From Bacillota bacterium (GTDB taxonomy: Bacteria; Bacillota; Clostridia; DSM-8532), in the NCBI GenBank assembly GCA_023459915.1, contig JAEWSN010000170.1, positions 5,508-69,507 of the forward strand: DNA of 64,000 nt, given 5' to 3'. How positions within the stretch are numbered: the stretch's first letter is position 1; every line of letters begins with the position of its first letter. A program made the translations under genes and the position numbers. Shown piece after piece: positions 43,252 to 51,915 of this stretch. Below the pieces are notes generated by a model. That model was not told where the DNA came from. It searched no databases and was given only the letters and a program-made list of their open reading frames with translations.

Positions 43252-44298
43252 ATGGGGAAAACGCTGATTGAGCTGAAGGATTTGACCAAATCCTATGGCG
43301 GCAACACGGTTGTCGACCGGGTGAATCTCACCATTCGTGAAAACGAGTTCGTGACACTGCTTGGCCCGAGTGGTTGTGGCAAGACAACCACGCTGCGCAT
43401 GATCGGCGGCTTCGAGGAGCCCGATTCGGGAAAAATCCTGTTCGACGGGCAGGATCTGGTGCCCGTGCCGCCCTACCGGCGCAACATCAACACCGTGTTC
43501 CAGCGGTATGCCCTGTTTCCCCACCTGAACGTGTTCGAGAACATCGCGTTCGGCCTGCACATCAAGAAGCTGCCCAAGGAGGACATCCGCGCCCGCGTCG
43601 CGAAGATGCTCAAGCTCGTTGACCTGGAAGGGTTTGAAAAACGCAATGTGGATTCGCTCAGCGGCGGACAGCAGCAGCGGGTCGCGATTGCGCGCGCGCT
43701 GGTGAACCAGCCCAAGGTGCTCCTGCTCGACGAGCCGCTGGGCGCGCTGGATTTGAAACTGCGCAAGGAGATGCAGATAGAGCTGCTGGACATGCAGCGC
43801 TCGGTGGGCATCACCTTCATCTACGTCACCCACGACCAGGAGGAGGCCCTCACCATGTCCGACACGGTGGTGGTCATGAACCAGGGCGTCATCCAGCAGA
43901 TCGGCACGCCTGTGGACATCTACAACGAGCCGGTGAACCGCTTTGTGGCGGATTTCATCGGGGAGAGCAACATCATCGAGGCGGTGATGCCGCGCGACCG
44001 GGAAGTGGTGTTCGACGGCGTTTCCTTCCCCTGCGTGGACGAGGGCTTTGCCCCCAACGAGGAAGTGGATCTGGTGATTCGTCCCGAGGACATCCGCATC
44101 ACGACCAATCCGGACGAGGGACAGCTGCAGGGCACGGTCACATCTGTCGTGTTCAAGGGCGTTCACTATGAGATGCTGATCGAGACGGATCATCGTGAGT
44201 TTTTGGTGCAGCGGACCGTCTCCTTCCCGGAGGGAAGCCGGGTGGGCATGGTGGTGCAGCCGGCCGACATCCAGGTCATGAAGCGGGGAGGGGCGTAG
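43252..44298 (+). CDS. potA: spermidine/putrescine ABC transporter ATPase
   Basis: Walker [10 protein letters not shown], signature [15 protein letters not shown], Walker B LLLDEP, and a C-terminal TOBE-like domain. Confidence 0.9.
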   Translation: MGKTLIELKDLTKSYGGNTVVDRVNLTIRENEFVTLLGPSGCGKTTTLRMIGGFEEPDSGKILFDGQDLVPVPPYRRNINTVFQRYALFPHLNVFENIAFGLHIKKLPKEDIRARVAKMLKLVDLEGFEKRNVDSLSGGQQQRVAIARALVNQPKVLLLDEPLGALDLKLRKEMQIELLDMQRSVGITFIYVTHDQEEALTMSDTVVVMNQGVIQQIGTPVDIYNEPVNRFVADFIGESNIIEAVMPRDREVVFDGVSFPCVDEGFAPNEEVDLVIRPEDIRITTNPDEGQLQGTVTSVVFKGVHYEMLIETDHREFLVQRTVSFPEGSRVGMVVQPADIQVMKRGGA

Positions 44299-45144
44299 AT
44301 GAAGGCTCGCATGCGTCTATTGTCCCTGCCATACGGTGCCTGGCTGGTTGTGTTCGTCACCCTGCCGCTGGTGCTGGTGTTGCTGTACGGCATCACCAGC
44401 GGAGACATCCACGATGTGTCCACCTGGCGGTTCACGCTGGAAAACTTCGCCCGCTTCGGCGAGCCGATTTACATCAAGGTCATGGTGGACTCCCTGTGGC
44501 TGGCGGTTGTCAGCACGCTGGTGTGCCTGGTGCTGGGCTACCCGGTGGCCATGATCATCGCCCGAACCAACCTGCGGTACCGGAACCTGCTGCTGATGCT
44601 GTTTTTGGTGCCGATGTGGATGAACTTCCTGCTGCGCACCTACGCCTGGATGTCGCTGCTGTCTCCCAACGGCCTCATCAACCGGTTTTTGGAGGCACTG
44701 AGCCTGCCGAAGCTCACCATCATGCCCGGCCAGGGCGCGGTGCTGCTGGGCATGGTCTACAATTTCCTGCCGTTCATGGTGCTGCCCATCTACACCTCGC
44801 TGTCCAAGCTGGATGTGAACCTGCTGCAGGCTGCCGCGGATTTGGGCGCGAACCGGTTTCTCACGTTCTGGAAAGTGATATTCCCGTTGTCCATTCCGGG
44901 CATTGTCTCCGGCATCACCATGGTGTTCATGCCGGCCGTCAGCACCTTTGTCATCTCCTCGCTGCTCGGCGGCAGCAAAACCGTGCTCATCGGCGATGTG
45001 ATAGAGCAGCAGTTCACCTATGAGCGCAACTGGCATTTCGGCTCGTCCCTGTCCATCATCCTGATGGTGGTGATTCTGCTGTCCATGGCCGTGATGTCAC
45101 GGATAGACCGCAACGCGGGCGGAAGCGGAGGTGAGGCGACATGA
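44299..45144 (+). CDS. potB: spermidine/putrescine ABC permease
   Basis: Six-TM BPD_transp_1 permease with an EAA loop (AAADLGANRFLTFWKVIFP). It starts directly after the potA stop. Confidence 0.85.
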   Translation: MKARMRLLSLPYGAWLVVFVTLPLVLVLLYGITSGDIHDVSTWRFTLENFARFGEPIYIKVMVDSLWLAVVSTLVCLVLGYPVAMIIARTNLRYRNLLLMLFLVPMWMNFLLRTYAWMSLLSPNGLINRFLEALSLPKLTIMPGQGAVLLGMVYNFLPFMVLPIYTSLSKLDVNLLQAAADLGANRFLTFWKVIFPLSIPGIVSGITMVFMPAVSTFVISSLLGGSKTVLIGDVIEQQFTYERNWHFGSSLSIILMVVILLSMAVMSRIDRNAGGSGGEAT

Positions 45145-45920
45145 TGCGGTTCATCAAACAGGCATACCTCGGCATCATCTTTCTGTTCCTGTATGCGCCC
45201 ATCATTGTGCTGATCGCGTTTTCCTTCAACAACTCCAAATCGCGCAGCCAGTGGGGCGGGTTCACCTTCAAATGGTATCTGGAGATGATTGGCGACCGGC
45301 AGATTCAGGAGGCCCTGACCTACACGGTCATCATCGCCGTCGCCTCCACGCTCCTCTCCACCATTTTCGGGACGGTGTCCGCCATCGGCATCCACAATCT
45401 CCGCCGGGGGTCAAAGGCGGCCTATCTGAACCTGAACAACCTGCCGGTGCTCAACCCGGACATCATCACGGGTGTGGCCCTGATGACCCTGTTCATCTTC
45501 ACGGGATTGCCGCTGGGGCCGGTCACCATGCTGCTGGCGCACATTGTGTTCAGCACCCCGTACGTCATTCTGGCCGTGCTGCCCAAGCTGCGGCAGATGA
45601 ACCGGTTCACGGCCGAGGCCGCCATGGATCTCGGTGCCACGCCGGCGATGGCCCTGCGCAAGGTGATTCTGCCGGAAATCGCCCCGGGCATTGTCAGCGG
45701 GGCGCTGATGGCGTTCACCATGTCCATCGACGACTTTGTCATCAGCTTCTTCACCGCGGGAACCGAGGCCACCAACCTGTCCATCCTCATCTATTCCATG
45801 GCCAAGCGGGGCGTGAAGCCTTCCATCAACGCATTGAGCACCGTGATGTTCCTGACGGTGCTGATATTGCTGCTGATCATCAACCACAAGAGTGAAAAAG
45901 GAGAGGAATTGCTGCTATGA
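45141..45920 (+). CDS. potC: spermidine/putrescine ABC permease
   Basis: EAA loop EAAMDLGATPAMALRKVILP. ATGA overlaps on both sides. Confidence 0.85.
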   Translation: MMRFIKQAYLGIIFLFLYAPIIVLIAFSFNNSKSRSQWGGFTFKWYLEMIGDRQIQEALTYTVIIAVASTLLSTIFGTVSAIGIHNLRRGSKAAYLNLNNLPVLNPDIITGVALMTLFIFTGLPLGPVTMLLAHIVFSTPYVILAVLPKLRQMNRFTAEAAMDLGATPAMALRKVILPEIAPGIVSGALMAFTMSIDDFVISFFTAGTEATNLSILIYSMAKRGVKPSINALSTVMFLTVLILLLIINHKSEKGEELLL

Positions 45921-46978
45921 AAAGAAAACCCATTGCCCTGCTGGTGCTGCTGATGCTGGCACTGCTGCTGCCCACCCTTTCGGGCTGCGGTGACAAGGTC
46001 ACCCTCAACGTGTTCAACTGGGGGGAGTACATCGACGAGGACCTCATCGACAAGTTCGAGGAGGAAACCGGCATCTCCGTCAACTACAAAACCTATGACA
46101 CCAACGAAACCCTGCTGGCCAAAATGGAAGCCGGCGGCAGCAGCTTCGACGTGGTGTTTCCCTCGGACTACGCCATTTCTGAAATGATCAAGCGCGACAT
46201 GCTGCAGCCGCTCGACTATGCCAACATTCCCAACTTCAAGTATATTGACGAGAGCACCAAGAACCAGGCGTATGACCCCGGCAACAAGTATTCCATCCCG
46301 TATTTCTGGGGCACCATCGGCATCCTGTACAACAAGGAAATGGTGACCGAGCCGATTGAGAGCTGGGACATCCTCTGGGATGAGCAGTACAAGGGCATGA
46401 TTCTGATGAAGAAGGACGTCCGCGATTCCATGGGCGTGGCGCTCAAACGACTGGGCTATTCGGTGAACAGCACGGACGAGGCCGAGCTGCGGGAGGCCAA
46501 GGACAGCCTGGTGGCCCAGAAGGAGCTCATCAACGGCTATTACGGTGACGAAATCAAGGACATGATCGCCAATGGCGACGCGGCCATGGGCGTCACCTAC
46601 TCGGGCGACCCGATGGATCTGTACTGGGACGAGTCGGCGGATTTCAGCTACATCGGCTACGCCATACCCAAGGAGGGAACCAACCTGTGGTATGACGCCA
46701 TGGTCATTCCCAAGAGCTCACAGCACAAGAAGGAGGCTGAGGCCTTCATCGACTTCATGCTCGAACCGGAGAACGCATTTCAGAACTCCAACGCCGTGGG
46801 CTACACCACACCGAATGTCGAGGCGCTGGCCCGCATGAAGGAAGAGAATCCCGAGATTTTTGAGATGGACGCGTATTGGCCGTCCCAGGAAACGCTCGCC
46901 AAGAGCGAGGTCTATGTGGATCTCGGCGAGTTCAAGACCCTGTACAACCAGCTGTGGATGGAAGCGCGCGTGGAGTGA
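45917..46978 (+). CDS. potD: spermidine/putrescine-binding lipoprotein
   Basis: Lipobox LLPTLSGCGD. PotD-like LNVFNWGEYID..., YFWGTIGILYN... Confidence 0.85.
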   Translation: MKRKPIALLVLLMLALLLPTLSGCGDKVTLNVFNWGEYIDEDLIDKFEEETGISVNYKTYDTNETLLAKMEAGGSSFDVVFPSDYAISEMIKRDMLQPLDYANIPNFKYIDESTKNQAYDPGNKYSIPYFWGTIGILYNKEMVTEPIESWDILWDEQYKGMILMKKDVRDSMGVALKRLGYSVNSTDEAELREAKDSLVAQKELINGYYGDEIKDMIANGDAAMGVTYSGDPMDLYWDESADFSYIGYAIPKEGTNLWYDAMVIPKSSQHKKEAEAFIDFMLEPENAFQNSNAVGYTTPNVEALARMKEENPEIFEMDAYWPSQETLAKSEVYVDLGEFKTLYNQLWMEARVE

Positions 46979-46983
46979 TTGCG

Positions 46984-47027
46984 CGCCGCGCAGCCGTGTC
47001 CAAGGATGGCGCGGCGGAAGTTTTTTT
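46984..47027 (+). terminator. probable terminator after potD
   Basis: CGCCGCGC-N17-GCGCGGCG, then GAAG-TTTTTTT. Confidence 0.5.
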
Positions 47028-47071
47028 CGGGGTCATGGCGTCTGTCCACCGCATAAGGAGAGGAGCCTCAC

Positions 47072-48547
47072 GTGACGTTTTCCCTCACACAGGCAATCCG
47101 TGACGCGCTGGCACGGGAGAAGCTGGGGTTTCACATGCCGGGACATGCCGGCGGCCTCGGGCTTCCGGACTGGCTGCCGCGCGCGGCCGGCCTGCTGGAC
47201 ACCACCGAGCTGCCGCACACCGACAATCTCGCGCAGCCCGAAACCATGCTGCGGGCGGCCCAGAAACGGGCCGCCCGCCTTTTTGGCGCCGCCCGGACGC
47301 ATTTTCTGGTCAACGGCGCCACCGGCGGCATCCTCGCGATGGTGCAAGCCACGGTTGGTCCCGGTGACGTGCTGCTGGTGGGGCGGGATTGTCATCGGTC
47401 CGTCCTTGCTGCGGTGCGGCTGGCCGGCGCGACGCCGTTGTTTGTGAATGCGGCGCGCGGGCTGGCCGAGACTGCGCCAACCCTGCCGGTCGGCCCGTCC
47501 GCACAGGACTGGTTGCAGGCGGTGGCGGCGCATCCCGAAGCGCGCGCGCTCCTGATCACCAGACCCAATTATTACGGTGCCGCCGTGGACCTGGTGGAAA
47601 TTGTCCGCGCCGCACACGCGCGGGAGATGCGGGTGCTGGTGGATGAGGCGCATGGCGCGCATTTTGTCGCATCAAATCTCTTCCCGGAACCCGCATTGGC
47701 CTGCGGTGCCGATTTGGTGGTGCAGAGCCTGCACAAGACCTTGCCGGCTCCCTCGCAGACCGCCCTGCTCCATGAATCCGCCGGCTGGCCGGGCCCGCGT
47801 CCGGGACTGCCTGTTGCCACCGTGGCCGAGGCGGTGGGCCAATTCCAGACCTCCAGCCCGTCCTGGATGCTGCTGGCCTTGATGGACGAAGCGGTGGGGT
47901 GGTTGGAATCCAGCGGGGCGGATGCGTACCGAAAGCTCCTGGGATCAATGGAACAACTGCGCATGCCGGCGGATAACCCGCCTGGGTTGACCGTGTTGGG
48001 TGAAGCGCAGGTGCCAACTGGATTTCGCAAGGACCCCACCCGGCTGGTGCTTCACGCGCGGCAGCAGGGAACCCTGTTGTCAAACCTGTTGTGGCAGGAA
48101 TATGGCATCGCGGTGGAAATGGCGGATCCGGAACATGTGGTCCTCATCACAACGCCATTTCACACCGAAGAGGATTTTCAATACCTGTCCACCGCGCTGG
48201 CCGGGGTGATGCCGGGCTTGCGGCAGGATGTCGCATCGCCACCCGAACCAGCCTTGTCACCCAAACCAGTATTGCCGCCGGAACCAATCCTGCCGCCGGA
48301 ACAGGTGTTACCATTGGCACAGGCGCTTTGCCGGCCGCGGGAGCGCGTGCCCCTGACCGGGGCCGTCGGCAGAATTGCCGCCGCGCCGGTGGTGCCCTAT
48401 CCGCCCGGCATCGCGGCCATTGTCCCCGGCGAACGGTATGACGCGGCGCTGGTGGCGTCCCTATGCCGGCTGCGGGCTGCCGGGGTGTCACTCAACGGCA
48501 TGGATGGCGACGCGGTTTGGTGTGTGCGCGAACCGGACGAAACATGA
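47072..48547 (+). CDS. Orn/Lys/Arg decarboxylase-family PLP enzyme (YaaO-like)
   Basis: GTG at 47072 follows AAGGAGAGGAG. FHMPGHAGG..., and SLHKTLPAPSQTA contains the PLP lysine. Its position immediately upstream of tmk matches Bacillus yaaO. Confidence 0.8.
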   Translation: MTFSLTQAIRDALAREKLGFHMPGHAGGLGLPDWLPRAAGLLDTTELPHTDNLAQPETMLRAAQKRAARLFGAARTHFLVNGATGGILAMVQATVGPGDVLLVGRDCHRSVLAAVRLAGATPLFVNAARGLAETAPTLPVGPSAQDWLQAVAAHPEARALLITRPNYYGAAVDLVEIVRAAHAREMRVLVDEAHGAHFVASNLFPEPALACGADLVVQSLHKTLPAPSQTALLHESAGWPGPRPGLPVATVAEAVGQFQTSSPSWMLLALMDEAVGWLESSGADAYRKLLGSMEQLRMPADNPPGLTVLGEAQVPTGFRKDPTRLVLHARQQGTLLSNLLWQEYGIAVEMADPEHVVLITTPFHTEEDFQYLSTALAGVMPGLRQDVASPPEPALSPKPVLPPEPILPPEQVLPLAQALCRPRERVPLTGAVGRIAAAPVVPYPPGIAAIVPGERYDAALVASLCRLRAAGVSLNGMDGDAVWCVREPDET

Positions 48548-48600
48548 GTCTTCCGGCAACCCGCTGCCGCACACCAACCCGCTGCCGCACAGCTCATGTT
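48541..48600. repeat. 17-nt x2 direct repeat bracketed by an 8-nt inverted repeat
   Basis: CAACCCGCTGCCGCACA occurs at 48557-48573 and 48575-48591. The flanks AACATGAG (48541-48548) and CTCATGTT (48593-48600) are complementary. The element overlaps the decarboxylase stop. Confidence 0.85.
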
Positions 48601-48695
48601 TTCCTGTATACTGAATAGGCATGAAAAGTCCGCCTGCCTTCCGCCGCTTGGCGGAATGGGCGCGCTGTTCACGATTTGCATGGGAGAGGGAACGG

Positions 48696-49376
48696 ATGTC
48701 GCAACAGCAGTCGCAAAACAATCAAATGGAATACGGCAAGCGGGGCCTGTTTGTCAGCTTTGAAGGCAATGACGGCTCTGGAAAAACCACGCAGATACAA
48801 CGGCTGACGGCCTGGCTCCAGTCCCATGGCCGTGAGGTGTTGCTGCTGCGCGAACCCGGCGGTACCCGGATTGGCGAAAAAATCCGGGAGATGCTGCTCG
48901 ACAAGGCGCACCACGAAATGGCGGCGGTGACGGAGATGCTGCTGTACGCCGCATCCCGCGCACAGCTGGTGCACACCGTCATTCGCCCGGCCGTGGAGGC
49001 GGGGGCGATTGTGATTTGTGACCGGTTTGTGGATTCAAGCTATGCTTATCAGGGATTCGGCCGGCAACTGGGGCTTCAGACGGTTCGAAACGCCAACGCG
49101 CCGGCCATAGGGGACCTGATGCCGCATCGCACGTATTTTCTGGATTTGGATGCCGACCTGTCGATGGCGCGCCGGCAGGCCTCCGGTCTGGAAACGGATC
49201 GGCTCGAAAACGAGGCCATGGCGTTTCACCGCCGGGCATACGAGGGATATCTGGAACTGTGCGCGCTCGAGCCGGAACGGATTTGCCGGGTGCCCGTGAT
49301 GGACGGGGATACGCAGCGCACGCCCGAGGATGTGGCTGCGCAAATCCAGAAAGACCTGTTGCCGCTGTTGACCTGA
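48696..49376 (+). CDS. tmk: thymidylate kinase
   Basis: ATG at 48696 follows GGGAGAGGG. P-loop FEGNDGSGKTTQ, LREPGGT, and DRFVDSSYAYQG. Confidence 0.95.
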   Translation: MSQQQSQNNQMEYGKRGLFVSFEGNDGSGKTTQIQRLTAWLQSHGREVLLLREPGGTRIGEKIREMLLDKAHHEMAAVTEMLLYAASRAQLVHTVIRPAVEAGAIVICDRFVDSSYAYQGFGRQLGLQTVRNANAPAIGDLMPHRTYFLDLDADLSMARRQASGLETDRLENEAMAFHRRAYEGYLELCALEPERICRVPVMDGDTQRTPEDVAAQIQKDLLPLLT

Positions 49377-49396
49377 ACGCCAGTGGTTCGATTGCC

Positions 49397-49452
49397 CGCT
49401 GGCCGGATACCGCTGACCGGATACCACTGACCGGATACCACAGTCCGGATAA
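49397..49452. repeat. 14-nt x4 tandem repeat after tmk
   Basis: CGCTGGCCGGATAC / CGCTGACCGGATAC / CACTGACCGGATAC / CACAGTCCGGATAA. The array begins 21 nt after the tmk stop. Confidence 0.9.
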
Positions 49453-49575
49453 CTTTGCCCGAATCGTCACGGACCAGATATCGCTGAAATGGTCGCAATG
49501 CTGGCATGCCAATGATTTGCCGATATATCATGTGAGACATGGGACGCAGGATATGCAGGTGGAAAGGGGTGTCCA

Positions 49576-50043
49576 ATGGCAATTCGCATAGAAGGAACGG
49601 GGAACCGCAGAACAACACCCCATCCCCTCACGCCGGAGGGTGGTGGGGCACATCAGCCGGTTCAGGAATCCAGTGGCGCCGCGTTCAGCTCGCAGCTCCG
49701 ACAGTCCTTCGGGCAATCCCAGGAGGAACGGCTCACGAAGATGGCCATGGAGATTGAGGCGCAGGGCAAGCGGCTTTCCGGCCGTGTGGACATTGGGGAG
49801 TTGAAGGCGTACAAGCGGCTCGTCGCGGATTTTCTCGAAGAGGCGGTGAACGGGTTCGGCAAATTCTCCAAGGAGAGTTTTCTGGATCGGCGTGGCCGGC
49901 ATCGCGTGTATGCAACGGTGAAGACCATCAACGAGAAGCTGGAAACACTGACACAGGAAGTGCTCAAGGCCGAGAAGGACAATTTGGCCATTGCTGGCCG
50001 CATTGAGGACATTCGGGGGCTGGTGCTCGATTTGCTGCTGTAG
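49576..50043 (+). CDS. YaaR-like DUF327-family protein
   Basis: GAAAGGGG RBS. ...LKAYKRLVADFLEEAVNGFGKFSKESFLDRRGRHRVYATVKTINEKLETLTQEVL resembles DUF327. Its position between tmk and holB matches Bacillus yaaR. Confidence 0.75.
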   Translation: MAIRIEGTGNRRTTPHPLTPEGGGAHQPVQESSGAAFSSQLRQSFGQSQEERLTKMAMEIEAQGKRLSGRVDIGELKAYKRLVADFLEEAVNGFGKFSKESFLDRRGRHRVYATVKTINEKLETLTQEVLKAEKDNLAIAGRIEDIRGLVLDLLL

Positions 50044-50127
50044 CGTGGCAGTTTTTTTGTGCAGCATGTTGGCAGCCATTCATTCCTTTATGACGCTGTT
50101 ATATAATCATGGAAGAGAGATGGGGAA

Positions 50128-50403
50128 ATGGGTGAGTTGACTCGTATCGATGGCATGAAGATCAAAATGTATCCATTCGATACGCAAAAACACAAAGAGC
50201 CACATTTTCATGTTATTTTGGCAAATGGGAAATCTGTTTCTGTATCAATTGCAGATGGCAGTGTCCTCGAGGGCAAGTTGGAAAGAAGAGATAAAGAGCT
50301 GGTTATGGGCTGGATGTTCATACACAGAGAAGAACTATGGGATCGTTGGAATAAAGCTGTGGCGGGAAATTTCATTGAGAAGATTCCGACCCGTGAGATA
50401 TAA
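50128..50403 (+). CDS. DUF4160-family protein
   Basis: GMKIKMYPFDTQKHKEPHFHVILANGKSVSVSI resembles the DUF4160 core (...H.PPHFH...). It lies in a visibly AT-rich segment. Confidence 0.65.
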   Translation: MGELTRIDGMKIKMYPFDTQKHKEPHFHVILANGKSVSVSIADGSVLEGKLERRDKELVMGWMFIHREELWDRWNKAVAGNFIEKIPTREI

Positions 50404-50418
50404 AGATTGGAGGTTTCT

Positions 50419-50676
50419 ATGCAGAGCCCAAGGGTTACGGCGGCCAGAAGAATAGAGCAACGCAAACTGGCAATTACATTTGAAAATGGAGAGACCCGTA
50501 TATTCGATATGCTTCCGTACTTGAGTTTTCCTGTGTTCAAACCCTTGACGGATGAAGACGAATTTACGTCGTTTTCAATTGTTGACGGAACCATTGAATG
50601 GTCGTGTGGAGCAGATCTTAGCCCGGATACTTTCTATATGGAGAGTCAACCCCTTGACTCCAAGGCCGTTATGTAA
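50419..50676 (+). CDS. DUF2442-family protein
   Basis: ATG at 50419 follows GGAGG. KLAITFENGETRIFDMLPYL...FSIVDGTIEWSCGADLSPDTFY resembles DUF2442, the usual partner of DUF4160. Confidence 0.65.
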   Translation: MQSPRVTAARRIEQRKLAITFENGETRIFDMLPYLSFPVFKPLTDEDEFTSFSIVDGTIEWSCGADLSPDTFYMESQPLDSKAVM

Positions 50677-50790
50677 AATAGACCGCGAACTTGCTGATCT
50701 GTTTTGCCAAATGGCTACGACTGCGAATAGCGCATCTTCAAAAGACGGGTTGCGACTGCAGGCTGTCAGGGTTTACGGGAGAGAAATGGC

Positions 50791-51789
50791 GTGACGGGAT
50801 TTGCCGATATTGTGGGACAGGAACGACTGAAGGAACGCCTGGCGGGCATGCTCGCCGAGGGCGTTCCCGGTCATGCCTATGTGTTCACCGGCGCGCAGGG
50901 AATGGGCAAGCGGACGCTGGCCAACGCGTTCGGTGCAGGCTGGATCTGCGAGGCGGAAGCGACCAATGGGGTCAGACCCCCTGTTCCGTGCGGGCAGTGC
51001 CGGGGATGCCGCCTGTATGCCTCCGGCACGAACCCGGACGTATACCGCGTGGTGCCGGATGGAAAGAAAATTGCCATCGAGGCGATTCGCGACATGCAGG
51101 GAAGATTGTCTGAAAAGGCCATGTTCGGTCGGCGGCTCTGTCTCATCGAGGAGGCGGAGAAGATGAACGAGGCGGCACAGAACGCCCTGCTCAAAACGCT
51201 GGAGGAACCGCCGGAACAGACGTTGCTGCTGCTGACGACTTCCGGGTTCGACGCGCTGATGGCCACCATCCGATCCCGCCTGGTCCGCCTGCCGCTCGAT
51301 GGCTATACCCACGAGGAGCTCAACCGCATCATTGCCGGGAATGGGGCGGGAGTCGCGGACGCTTTTCTGGCTGCATTCTCCCAGGGGATTCCCGGCAGGG
51401 CCATGGATTTGCTGCAAAGCCAAACCCTTGCCAGGCACCGGGAACTGGTGCTGGGCTTGTTGCCGCAGGGCAGGCCGGTGCCGGGAGAATCCGGGGTTTC
51501 CACGCTGTGGGAGTATCTGGGCGGGCAGCGTGAGGCGTTTGCGGAAGTCGCGGATTTGCTGCAGGGTCTCCTGCGCGATTTGCTGGCGGTTCACGAGGGC
51601 GCGACGGGTCGGTTGATTAACACCGACAAAACCGATACAATGAGAAAGGTTGTGCAATCCCGGTCACGGGAGGACTGGATCAACGCCATCGAACAGGTGG
51701 ATGTCATCCGCCAGTCCGTGCGCGAGAACCTGAACTACCAGCTTGCAGTGGACGCGCTCGGCGCGACCCTGATGCCGCTGTTCGCGTGA
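50791..51789 (+). CDS. holB: DNA polymerase III delta' subunit
   Basis: GTG at 50791 follows GGGAGAG. HAYVFTGAQGMGKRTLA, the zinc module PCGQCRGC, and NALLKTLEEPP. Confidence 0.9.
   Translation: MTGFADIVGQERLKERLAGMLAEGVPGHAYVFTGAQGMGKRTLANAFGAGWICEAEATNGVRPPVPCGQCRGCRLYASGTNPDVYRVVPDGKKIAIEAIRDMQGRLSEKAMFGRRLCLIEEAEKMNEAAQNALLKTLEEPPEQTLLLLTTSGFDALMATIRSRLVRLPLDGYTHEELNRIIAGNGAGVADAFLAAFSQGIPGRAMDLLQSQTLARHRELVLGLLPQGRPVPGESGVSTLWEYLGGQREAFAEVADLLQGLLRDLLAVHEGATGRLINTDKTDTMRKVVQSRSREDWINAIEQVDVIRQSVRENLNYQLAVDALGATLMPLFA
50968..50980. repeat. single GGGGTCAGACCCC copy inside holB
   Basis: It is read as N-G-V-R-P-P, immediately before the PCGQCRGC zinc motif. Confidence 0.8.
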
Positions 51790-51809
51790 ACTGCAGATGT
51801 GTCCGTGCA

Positions 51810-51884
51810 ACGGCAACCGTGAAGATGGTGACTATGAAGGTGGTCACCGTGAAGACGGCAACCGTGAAGACGGTAACCTGTGCT
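51810..51884. repeat. 15-nt x5 tandem repeat between holB and ricT
   Basis: ACGGCAACCGTGAAG / ATGGTGACTATGAAG / GTGGTCACCGTGAAG / ACGGCAACCGTGAAG / ACGGTAACCTGTGCT. The array begins 21 nt after the holB stop. Confidence 0.9.
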
Positions 51885-51915
51885 GTTGTGTCAAGGCGTT
51901 CCATAAGGAGGAAGA

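Noticed and set aside
50050-50790. IS element or prophage remnant
   Set aside because: There is no transposase, integrase, terminal inverted repeat or target duplication. Only the compositional shift and two small DUF genes are visible.
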